Positions 18,906-26,903 of a stretch of 36,144 bases of DNA are shown here, in pieces. The position numbers and the translations under genes were made by a program. Every line of letters starts with the position of its first letter. The first letter of the stretch is position 1. The notes below the pieces were generated by a model, which was given only the letters and a program-made list of their open reading frames with translations, did not search any database and was not told the DNA's origin. This DNA comes from a virus. Its lineage: Duplodnaviria; Heunggongvirae; Uroviricota; Caudoviricetes. The stretch spans positions 1-36,144 of IMG/VR virus record IMGVR_UViG_3300019935_000001; one strand, written 5' to 3'.

Positions 18906-19988
18906 ATGACCACTGTCACTTCATCATTGGATAGAGCTGTCACCTGGGGCGAAGTGACGGACACCTGGGGCGGCAGTACGGTCCTGATGGGTCGTACATG
19001 GGGTCTGTTTGGTTCTAACCTAATTCAGTTGGGCCTTACAGACGGCCTGTCGGTTTCTGACACCTACACGGACCAAATCGGATACCTGCTGGGCATTCAC
19101 GAGTCCCTATCGGTCACTGATGCTGCTGCCAACATGGCCGCAATCAGTCTCGAAGAGCTGGTGACAATGGTGGATGCACAACCGGTTCATAGCGTAACCC
19201 GGTCGATTCATGAGGCCTTGAATGTGGCTGACCCTATCGACTTTACCGCGGATTACCACCGACTGTACCAAGAAGCTGTAGGCATTCTGTCGGTCAATGG
19301 CAACCATACAGAGCGCTCATTTGATAGCAGCTTTGGCATGGGTGGCGGCCAGGTAGCATCTCATATCCAGCCCAACTTTATTGAGTCCCTGCAGGTTGCG
19401 GACATTATCGGTCGAATCGCATCTTTTAGTATCTCTCTCAAAGAAGGTGTGGGAGTCAACAGCGCATACGGGAGCGCCATGACGCTCCCAGTAGCTGAGT
19501 CTCTCAGCATAGCCGATGCGTACCTTCGCAATGCCGACACGGTTGTCAGCGACCTGATTCTCAGCGCTGGCGACATATCAGAGGATACCTTCCTACAGTT
19601 CATGCGGCGAGCGAGCCCGGTGGGGTTCACCGAGTACGCTGAGTTCGTAGAGGGTGAGTACGAGTACCAGGAGGCCCTATTTCGAATCGTCATGGAATCG
19701 GCAGCCGAAGACCGTGCACTGGTTGACTCTCTGAAGATCCATATCGATGTCCCTGATGTGAATGAGGCAGGCAAGGTGACCGTCCCCGCCACATCAGGCG
19801 GCGCTACGGTGGCCTTCCAGCGTCACTTCAATGCAGAGCCGGAAGTAACTGTAACTCTCAAAGGCGGCACAGTTCTGGCTCTACCCAATGTGACCTCCTC
19901 TGATCAGAACGGCTTCACAGTCACACTCAAAGATACCAGCGGCAACCCGGTTTCGGGTACTGTCAGCTGGGTAGCACAAGGTTATTGA
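18906..19988 (+). CDS. Virion structural protein with repeated E.L.V.D motifs and C-terminal beta-sandwich (H-lectin/gp53-like)
   Basis: Repeats such as IHESLSVTD, IHEALNVAD, FIESLQVAD, VAESLSIAD; C-terminus V.FQRHF...P.V.VT...GFTV...VSWVAQGY. Confidence 0.55.
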   Translation: MTTVTSSLDRAVTWGEVTDTWGGSTVLMGRTWGLFGSNLIQLGLTDGLSVSDTYTDQIGYLLGIHESLSVTDAAANMAAISLEELVTMVDAQPVHSVTRSIHEALNVADPIDFTADYHRLYQEAVGILSVNGNHTERSFDSSFGMGGGQVASHIQPNFIESLQVADIIGRIASFSISLKEGVGVNSAYGSAMTLPVAESLSIADAYLRNADTVVSDLILSAGDISEDTFLQFMRRASPVGFTEYAEFVEGEYEYQEALFRIVMESAAEDRALVDSLKIHIDVPDVNEAGKVTVPATSGGATVAFQRHFNAEPEVTVTLKGGTVLALPNVTSSDQNGFTVTLKDTSGNPVSGTVSWVAQGY

Positions 19989-21068
19989 ATGCAACAATAC
20001 ACATCTATCAACGGGGCTACGCTGATCACGCAGGCTCCGGGTAAGCTGATGGCGAACATCGATACCCTGCTGTCGAGCAATGAAGGTACGGTGTTCCCTA
20101 GCTCCAACAATGTGATGGGCCGGGTCTGCTACCGCAGCGACCAGAAGAAGCTGTATCTGATGACGGATGATAGTCCTGCCACCTGGAAGCTGATCTCTGA
20201 CTTGTCCAAAACCTACGTGACGTATGAAGACTGCAACACGGACTTCATCAACAAAAGCAAGGTTACCAGTTCACTGACCGACACCAGTACATCGAAGGTG
20301 GCATCAGCCAAGGCTGTGAAGACTGTCCAGGACAATCTGAACAGCCACACCACAGCATATGCCGACTTCGTTGGCCAGATCTCCAAGTCATCGGCTTCGT
20401 ACATCTTCTCCAACAACATCTCGCTGGTTCGGGATGCCGCCACCCTGACAGTCCAGGGCGGTGCAGTTGGGGCGGACAATGGCGAGCGAACGTCTGCCCT
20501 GCAACTGGGCCGTTCCAACTCCCGAGCCTTTAACGTGGTGACTCACGGCACAGGGTATACATTCTTAGGGTCAGGCGGCCTGACTTCCTCGCGTTTGCCC
20601 ACTCACAACGCCATGCGCTTTGCCTATGGATCGAACTCTGTGCTGTTTTACGGAACGGTGGATGTGAACGGCAGGCTGGATGCGAACTCCGGTCTGAATG
20701 TGAATGGCTCGACCGGCATGGATGGCAACGTGACCGTTGACGGCACCGTGGCGGTAACCGGCCAGATTTCATCGACAGGCAACATTACATCTGGCGGAAC
20801 AATCACGATGGCATCCGATGCCCGACTGAAGAGTGATATTGAAACCATTGAAGGGGCGCTGGACAAGGTAACTGGGATGCGCGGCGTGATGTACACGCTC
20901 AGGTCATCGGGCGAGCGCCGCCCTGGAGTCATTGCCGACGAGCTTGAAAAGGTACTTCCCGAGGCTGTTGATCGCTCTGGCGAATACAAGTCCGTTGCTT
21001 ACCAAAACCTGGCAGGGTTACTGATCCAGGCCATCAAAGAGCTTAATGACAAGGTGGAGGCCCGATAA
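19989..21068 (+). CDS. Tail fibre 1 with C-terminal peptidase S74 intramolecular chaperone
   Basis: SDARLKSDI cleavage motif, GVIADELEKVLPEAV, VAY..L.GLLIQAIKEL. Confidence 0.88.
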   Translation: MQQYTSINGATLITQAPGKLMANIDTLLSSNEGTVFPSSNNVMGRVCYRSDQKKLYLMTDDSPATWKLISDLSKTYVTYEDCNTDFINKSKVTSSLTDTSTSKVASAKAVKTVQDNLNSHTTAYADFVGQISKSSASYIFSNNISLVRDAATLTVQGGAVGADNGERTSALQLGRSNSRAFNVVTHGTGYTFLGSGGLTSSRLPTHNAMRFAYGSNSVLFYGTVDVNGRLDANSGLNVNGSTGMDGNVTVDGTVAVTGQISSTGNITSGGTITMASDARLKSDIETIEGALDKVTGMRGVMYTLRSSGERRPGVIADELEKVLPEAVDRSGEYKSVAYQNLAGLLIQAIKELNDKVEAR

Positions 21069-22996
21069 TGGAGGCGTACCAAAATATTGCAAGTTCTGAC
21101 ACGGTAAAGGATAGCCGTAACGTTATTAACAATAATATTCTTACAGCGATCAGCCAGTCTGCTGCGACTTCGTTTCCAACCACTCATGTGCTGGCGGGCC
21201 GTACCTGCTACAGGACTGACGAGCTGATGCTGTATATCTGCAACGACGCGGACCCTCAGTCGTGGATGCCAATGTTCGACCTGGGCTCAGGTAAGTCGCC
21301 GAATGCGCAGAAGCTGGACGGGTACGACTACACCGCTTTTTTGCGCAAGGGCGACACTGCTGATCAGAATCTGGAATCCGACCGTATCACGTTGGGCGGC
21401 AGCGCTGTGGATGGCATGCGCCGCAGTACCGAAGGGGTCCATATTGAGCAGCACTCTTCCAGCTCGAAGCGGCTGTACATCAATTCCATCGGTAACGTGG
21501 ATCTACAGGCGGACTCGAACGAGAACGGGTCTGGCGGCGTAATCCGGTTCCATGTTGGTGCCAACCAGCTGGCCTATATCGACTCCAGTTACTTCACCTT
21601 TGCAGGCAAGTCGGGCTACGTCAAAGCCCGATTTGGGGCCGCCGGTTCTGACGACACATTCGTGGAGTTTCGGGACAACACTTCCGATACCTGGCGCCAC
21701 TTTGGCTTCGACGCCTCGGCTCAGGACTGGTACGCAGAGATCCCAGGCAATCGCTGGAAGCTGTGGCACCAGGGTAATGATGCTAACCTGGTGAAGAAGG
21801 ACCAGAAGAATGTGATTGTTGTCCCGGACTCCGTAGCCAACCAGACGATATATGCCAACAGTATAGAGATGTACCCTACAGGATCGGATACGCTAACTGC
21901 CGACCACTCTCATATAGGGAATCGAGTATATATCGCCTCAGATGCTTCAGGCGGGGATGCTGTAAACGAGCACCGCCTCTACGGTTCTTACACATATGTG
22001 GTCGCCAATGGGGACTCGGACATTGTTTACGGTACTTACAGCTACGGTCGCAGCAATGTGCCAGCTGGCGAGTCCTGCTCCGACGTTAGAGGAGGCTACA
22101 ACGTCGGTGTCGGAGCTGGCGAGGGCACTGTTAGCAATATTTATGGCTGCGTGAACTACGGCATCTCATCTAACATAGGTCCGGTTGGCAGCCTATATGG
22201 GTCTCACAACCGGGCTCAAGTTACCTCGGTAGCAACCGGATCTGTGACTTCGGCATACGGGGTCTACTCAGAGGTGGAGGTTGATGCGGCAAGCGTCAAC
22301 AACATCTATGGGGTTCGATCCGTCATAGACATTGATGGTGGAGCCACCGACAACGCTTACTTGTTTCACGGTGAATATCAAGGTTCCCTCTCTCCCGATT
22401 CCTACGGGATCTACATCGACTCTAACGTTGAAAACCATCTGGGGGGCAACCTACTGGTAGAGAATGGAATCCAAGTTAATGGCTCCGATTGGAACCGCAA
22501 CTTCCGCATTCGTGGTCCTGCTCCATGTATCTATTTTGATCAGGACGATGACTCAAATGACAAGGCAATGCTGGGCCTAAATGGCGAAGAGTTGTACCTA
22601 CTGGCAGACAAAAATGCAGACGGGGTATTTGATTCCACCTCTCCGTTCCCGATGCAGGTCAATATCAACACCGGTGTGGCTCTGTTCAAAGGATCAGTTG
22701 GTCAGGCATCCGATGAACGCCTGAAGGAAGATATTCAGCGTATTCTGAACCCGGTCGAGAAGATTCGACAGCTGGGTGGTTACACGTATACCCGTATTGA
22801 CACCGGTGAGCGCCAGACAGGTGTACTGGCTCAGGAAGTGAAACAGGTGTTGCCAGAAGCTGTGCGCCAGTTCGCAGATGACGGAATGATGACCGTTGCG
22901 TATGGGGAAATGATTGGCCTGGTTCTGGAAGGCGTTCGGGCACTGGACGAGCGGATCACCGCTTTGGAGGAGATAAATGTCACTCAAGGCCAATAA
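21068..22996 (+). CDS. Tail fibre 2 with C-terminal peptidase S74 intramolecular chaperone
   Basis: SDERLKEDI motif, GVLAQEVKQVLPEAV, VAYGEMIGLVLEG; N-terminus paralogous to fibre 1; internal YG repeats. Confidence 0.88.
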   Translation: MEAYQNIASSDTVKDSRNVINNNILTAISQSAATSFPTTHVLAGRTCYRTDELMLYICNDADPQSWMPMFDLGSGKSPNAQKLDGYDYTAFLRKGDTADQNLESDRITLGGSAVDGMRRSTEGVHIEQHSSSSKRLYINSIGNVDLQADSNENGSGGVIRFHVGANQLAYIDSSYFTFAGKSGYVKARFGAAGSDDTFVEFRDNTSDTWRHFGFDASAQDWYAEIPGNRWKLWHQGNDANLVKKDQKNVIVVPDSVANQTIYANSIEMYPTGSDTLTADHSHIGNRVYIASDASGGDAVNEHRLYGSYTYVVANGDSDIVYGTYSYGRSNVPAGESCSDVRGGYNVGVGAGEGTVSNIYGCVNYGISSNIGPVGSLYGSHNRAQVTSVATGSVTSAYGVYSEVEVDAASVNNIYGVRSVIDIDGGATDNAYLFHGEYQGSLSPDSYGIYIDSNVENHLGGNLLVENGIQVNGSDWNRNFRIRGPAPCIYFDQDDDSNDKAMLGLNGEELYLLADKNADGVFDSTSPFPMQVNINTGVALFKGSVGQASDERLKEDIQRILNPVEKIRQLGGYTYTRIDTGERQTGVLAQEVKQVLPEAVRQFADDGMMTVAYGEMIGLVLEGVRALDERITALEEINVTQGQ

Positions 22997-23240
22997 CACC
23001 GAGGTTATCGGTGCTGATGGAAAGATTCACTGGGGCCGTCTGAAGTCAGTACCCGGTCTCGTGCAGGATGGGCAGATCCGAACCCAGGAGCCACCGTACC
23101 AGTACAACTGTGAGGGCTCCGGTACTTCGATCACCTACCGGACCACCGGTATGGAGTACATGCCCGGTAATAAGTACCGACTTCGCCAGATCAAGGTGAA
23201 GTCCACTTCTAACTGCAACTGTAACTGCGGGAATTTCTAA
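22977..23240 (+). CDS. Small protein ending in Asn-Cys repeat (STSNCNCNCGNF); candidate modification substrate
   Basis: Strong SD GGAGGAG at 22966-22972, overlap with fibre 2 and TAATG coupling to the next gene support a real gene. NCNCNC is encoded at 23211-23228. Confidence 0.8.
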   Translation: MSLKANNTEVIGADGKIHWGRLKSVPGLVQDGQIRTQEPPYQYNCEGSGTSITYRTTGMEYMPGNKYRLRQIKVKSTSNCNCNCGNF

Positions 23241-23971
23241 TGCTTCAGGTCGCGGTAACACCCGTAAAGGGCTATGGGAAAGGCGTCCGGTTATCGACTG
23301 ACGGTAACGGTCTGCTGGTTGAGGCGGTTGACGAAAACGGGGATCTGACCGCCAGTAACTATTTGAGCGAAGCGATTGTGCGTGGCTCGATGGGCCAGAA
23401 GGAGATCTCTGACGCCTCGAATATCTATGTGCGTGTACGGGACGATGGATCGGTTCATAGCATGTACAACAAGTTGGTGAATAGCTTCGATAGCAAGGAC
23501 TCCGGGTTCGTGCACATTGCAAAAATGGGCCATAAGGTGGGCGGGCAGATTCACATCCCCTACGCCGACAGTCCGCTGAGCGAGTGGGGGCTGCGCGTGA
23601 ACTATGATGCCGACGCTGGCGCAATTGCGGGGCCAGGTGTTGAGCTGATTGAGGTTCCACTGGGGGAGGATTCGTTCCATGCGCTTGCAAATCAAAACCT
23701 CCCCACGCTCAGGGTTTCTGATGTGGAAACTCAGGGGGATCACTATCGTGTGACGGTTCAAGTTGTGCGTTCAGGGAACGACGACAAGCGCTCTGGTGTA
23801 GCTATCTACGCGAAGAGTGATTCAGGATACATTGCTCAGAGAAAACTGCTCACAAACGAACTGGGGCGGGCACAGTTTAAGTGTGCCAGGTTACTGCTGG
23901 AGGACTCTGAAGAGTTCGTTGCAGAGTTTGGCTTCAAATTTTTGTCCAACATCACCAGTGTAAGCCTTTAA
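23240..23971 (+). CDS. Hypothetical beta-rich protein with probable C-terminal Ig-like (Big-1-type) domain
   Basis: TAATG-coupled. C-terminal VTVQVV...GVAIYAKSDSGY.....LTNELGRAQF pattern resembles bacterial Ig-like domains. Confidence 0.55.
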   Translation: MLQVAVTPVKGYGKGVRLSTDGNGLLVEAVDENGDLTASNYLSEAIVRGSMGQKEISDASNIYVRVRDDGSVHSMYNKLVNSFDSKDSGFVHIAKMGHKVGGQIHIPYADSPLSEWGLRVNYDADAGAIAGPGVELIEVPLGEDSFHALANQNLPTLRVSDVETQGDHYRVTVQVVRSGNDDKRSGVAIYAKSDSGYIAQRKLLTNELGRAQFKCARLLLEDSEEFVAEFGFKFLSNITSVSL

Positions 23972-23985
23972 TCGCCCTGCTATAG

Positions 23986-24003
23986 TAAGTATCTGCTTAC
24001 TTA
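23986..24003. promoter_or_regulatory. Palindromic operator-like site TAAGTATC-TG-CTTACTTA
   Basis: 2 mismatches; preceded by extended -10-like TGcTATAGT (23978-23986); upstream of hydroxylase and rSAM genes. Confidence 0.7.
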
Positions 24004-24016
24004 GCAAGGTATAGAA

Positions 24017-24814
24017 ATGCTTACTCTATTGGATGCAGCAAAACAGAACCTGGACTGGGGAGGCGCAACCGAAAGGTTGAACCCGGCCAGGTTCGATCCC
24101 AACCTGACAATTCCGAACCTGGATACGCGCGGCCTTTCCGAAGCGGTCACGGCTCTGACTGAATCCCAACCTTGCATTCCATGGCAATCCGCTCGGAACT
24201 CCAGCCTGTACGGCATGGGCCTGACATATGACCCGTCCAGTGGAAAGCCATACCTCGATTGCTTTGGCGATCCTTACTACCTTCGGTACTCCACCGATGA
24301 ATACTTCGATGCTGTAGAGGCTGACGACAAGCAGAGGGTTAGAGGTGGCTATCTGGACTGCCTACGGTACGACACCCTGACTCCAGCGGTATATGCCAAT
24401 CCACGACTGAGGCAGCTGTTCGAGAGCTTCCGGTTGCCTGTAGTGCGCAGCTCGTTGCGAATCATTGACGGCAATGCTGTTAGCCCATCCGCACCTTCGG
24501 GAGGCTACCACTGCGACGAGAGTCCTTTCGATTGCCTCCGGCTAAATATCTGCGTGGACACAAACGACAGTTTTGGCCTGCAGTATGAAGGGCGACCGCC
24601 AATGTTCCTGTCCGCTGGCGACCACCGGATCGTGATGACTCACAAGCGGCACCGGGCGTTCGTCGTTCGCCAGTCTGATTTTCAGCGAATCCATATTGTG
24701 ATCAGCGTGGTGCCATGGCTGAAGAAAACCCAGAGCGGCAACTGGGTACCAAACGAATACTTCGGGGAAATCCACCCCTTCGATATGGTCAAAGAGGGCC
24801 TTCTTCTGAAATGA
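24017..24814 (+). CDS. Fe(II)/2-oxoglutarate dioxygenase, aspartyl/asparaginyl beta-hydroxylase-like
   Basis: H165-x-D167 (YHCDE), R.NI.V.TN, distal H212 (HRA) and R224 in RIHIV match the Asp_Arg_Hydrox-type facial triad and 2OG-binding Arg. Confidence 0.78.
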   Translation: MLTLLDAAKQNLDWGGATERLNPARFDPNLTIPNLDTRGLSEAVTALTESQPCIPWQSARNSSLYGMGLTYDPSSGKPYLDCFGDPYYLRYSTDEYFDAVEADDKQRVRGGYLDCLRYDTLTPAVYANPRLRQLFESFRLPVVRSSLRIIDGNAVSPSAPSGGYHCDESPFDCLRLNICVDTNDSFGLQYEGRPPMFLSAGDHRIVMTHKRHRAFVVRQSDFQRIHIVISVVPWLKKTQSGNWVPNEYFGEIHPFDMVKEGLLLK

Positions 24815-26091
24815 AATACCAACTCAAGATGGAGGCCCCTGATGGCCGCCATGAATATCTCGACTTCGATTCAAAGCTGGGTACGCTGACACGCAATGGT
24901 GTGCCGTTCGATACCTCAGATCTGCGCCAGTCCAGCCCCAACCCAGAGCAGATTCACAAGGTAAGTCCGGATAGCCCAGGCCGAAAGGTGAGCGCACCGA
25001 AGGTTTTGAAAATCCAGCTGGGGCTGAAGTGCAATTACTCTTGCTCCTACTGCAACCAGGCCTCAGAGGTACCCGGTGCCGTGGTTACCAACAAGCGTGA
25101 TGCCGTTGAGTTTCTGGCAAACCTGGACAGCTGGCTGCAGGAGCCTCCGGAGAGAATTGAGCTGTGGGGTGGCGAACCGCTGGTGTACCTGTCGAAGCTG
25201 AAGGTTCTGGTGCCAGAGATCCGCGATCGATTCCCGGATGCCCAGATCGGCATGATTACGAATGGCAGCCTGCTGAAAGATGAGACGGTTGACTTCATTA
25301 TCGATCACCAGATCAACGTCGGTATGTCACATGACGCATATGGCCAGGCACAGCGCGGAGATGATCCCCTGCAGGATGATCGGGTGCTGGCAGCAGTGCA
25401 CCGCCTGGTTGCAGAGCATGGCGATCGCTTCTCTATCAATTCGGTGATCACCGGTTCGAGCCTGGATATGGCCTCAACCATTCGGTACTTCCAGGCCATT
25501 TTCGGGCCAGGCGTTCAGGTGCTGTTTGAAGACGTTGTGAACTACCACGACGATGGCGCCATTGATTCTAACCAGATGACGAGCCAGCAGCTGGCCGAGC
25601 TGTCTGACAATGTGTTCTATGGTGTGGCCGGTGACAATCTGCTGGAGAGCCCAGGCGTCCAGTCAAAGATCGTTCGCTTCCTGGCTGGCCTGAATAGTGG
25701 CTTCTCCATGGATCAGGCGTATTCCAAATGCGGAATGGATCGGCCAGACCATATTGCGTGCGACCTGGCCGGCAACATCGTCACTTGTCAGAACGTGGGC
25801 GCCAGCGGCAGACATCTGGTTGGCAGCGTATACAAGATGGAGGGTGCCCGACTGACCAGCTCCCTGCACTTCTCACATCGAAAGAACTGCCAGGACTGCC
25901 CGGTGCTTCGCCTTTGTGGCGGCGGCTGCATGTACCTTCACGGCGATCACTTCCAGGCCAGCTGCAAGGCTCTTTACCAGTACAACATGGGTTATCTGCG
26001 AGCAGCACTGTACCTGTTGACAGGTCTGGCCCTGGTTGAAGTGACCCAGATCGGTCAGCCATCATTAATTCCTTGCATTTCTTCCGAATAA
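24811..26091 (+). CDS. Radical SAM / SPASM-domain protein
   Basis: ATGA overlap gives start 24811 (426 aa). CNYSCSYC (CxxxCxxC at 25030-25053), WGGEPL, ITNGSLL, and C-terminal SPASM cysteines (KCG...ACD..GNIVTCQ...CQDCPVLRLCGGGC...C). Confidence 0.93.
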   Translation: MKYQLKMEAPDGRHEYLDFDSKLGTLTRNGVPFDTSDLRQSSPNPEQIHKVSPDSPGRKVSAPKVLKIQLGLKCNYSCSYCNQASEVPGAVVTNKRDAVEFLANLDSWLQEPPERIELWGGEPLVYLSKLKVLVPEIRDRFPDAQIGMITNGSLLKDETVDFIIDHQINVGMSHDAYGQAQRGDDPLQDDRVLAAVHRLVAEHGDRFSINSVITGSSLDMASTIRYFQAIFGPGVQVLFEDVVNYHDDGAIDSNQMTSQQLAELSDNVFYGVAGDNLLESPGVQSKIVRFLAGLNSGFSMDQAYSKCGMDRPDHIACDLAGNIVTCQNVGASGRHLVGSVYKMEGARLTSSLHFSHRKNCQDCPVLRLCGGGCMYLHGDHFQASCKALYQYNMGYLRAALYLLTGLALVEVTQIGQPSLIPCISSE

Positions 26092-26109
26092 TAAGTAAGG
26101 ACTGACTTT
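26092..26109. promoter_or_regulatory. Palindromic operator-like site TAAGTAAG-GA-CTGACTTT
   Basis: 1 mismatch; immediately after the rSAM stop, upstream of the lysis genes. Confidence 0.75.
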
Positions 26110-26150
26110 TATATAAGGGTCTGTGTGCGATACATTAGGCGCTCTGTTAC

Positions 26151-26480
26151 ATGGAGCTGAAAATGTCGGAAGAACAACTTGCCGCTCAGACCACCCTGCA
26201 GTGGACAAACGGGACATTTTGGAGTGTCGCGTTGATGTTCATTGCAGGCACTATCGGGCGTTCTCTGGTTAGCTCCGAACCGTTCTGCGCAAAGAAATTC
26301 TTTGGCGAACTGATCCTGTCCGGCTTGGCAGCGGTCGTACTGTACTCATTCAATGTCATGCAGGGCATGTCTCCAATCCAGATCGTCTTCTTTGGCGCCC
26401 TGGGTGGAATGGGTGGTATCCGCGTTGTCGAGTGGGTCATCAAATTTGCCAAAAAGTGCAGAGCCTCTGGAGTGCTGTAA
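26151..26480 (+). CDS. Holin (LydA/lambda-like, multi-TM); the start may be ATG 26163
   Basis: Three hydrophobic segments, basic C-terminus (KFAKK), directly upstream of endolysin; GGAG at 26153-26156 positions the second ATG. Confidence 0.75.
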   Translation: MELKMSEEQLAAQTTLQWTNGTFWSVALMFIAGTIGRSLVSSEPFCAKKFFGELILSGLAAVVLYSFNVMQGMSPIQIVFFGALGGMGGIRVVEWVIKFAKKCRASGVL

Positions 26481-26903
26481 ATGGAAAACCACTACTCACG
26501 TATTTCTCGCCAGCGCCTGGACACCTGTCATCCTGAACTGCAGCTGCTGTTCGAGACTGTCCTGGAGTTTTTCGACCACTCGATCTACTCCGGGGCTCGT
26601 TCTCGGGAAGATCAGGAAACTCTGTTTCAGGAGGGCTCGTCCAAGCTGCGCTGGCCCGAGTCAAAACACAATAGCGTACCTTCCATGGCGGTAGACGCCG
26701 GGCCGTGGATCGAAGGTGTAGATCGGTGGGATGAACCCCAGTGTCGCCTGTTCGCAGGCTTCGTAATGGGTGTGGCAGCAATGCTCAAGGAATCCGGTTC
26801 CATGACCTACTCCGTGCGCTGGGGTGGCGACTGGGATCAGGACTGGAACATTCACGACCAGACATTTAATGACCTGGTTCACTTTGAACTTGTGGAGGAC
26901 TGA
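26481..26903 (+). CDS. Endolysin, peptidase M15 (L-Ala-D-Glu endopeptidase-like)
   Basis: S...L..CHP.LQ, G.RS...Q..L, SKH......AVD, WGGDW, D..HFEL zinc-peptidase motifs; no signal peptide. Confidence 0.92.
   Translation: MENHYSRISRQRLDTCHPELQLLFETVLEFFDHSIYSGARSREDQETLFQEGSSKLRWPESKHNSVPSMAVDAGPWIEGVDRWDEPQCRLFAGFVMGVAAMLKESGSMTYSVRWGGDWDQDWNIHDQTFNDLVHFELVED

Noticed and set aside
18391-23240. Diversity-generating retroelement or invertible fibre cassette
   Set aside because: No reverse transcriptase, invertase, template/variable repeat pair or inverted crossover sites seen.
24715-24810. Longer rSAM start (MAEENPER...)
   Set aside because: It overlaps the hydroxylase by 100 nt; the ATGA coupling at 24811 is the more plausible start.
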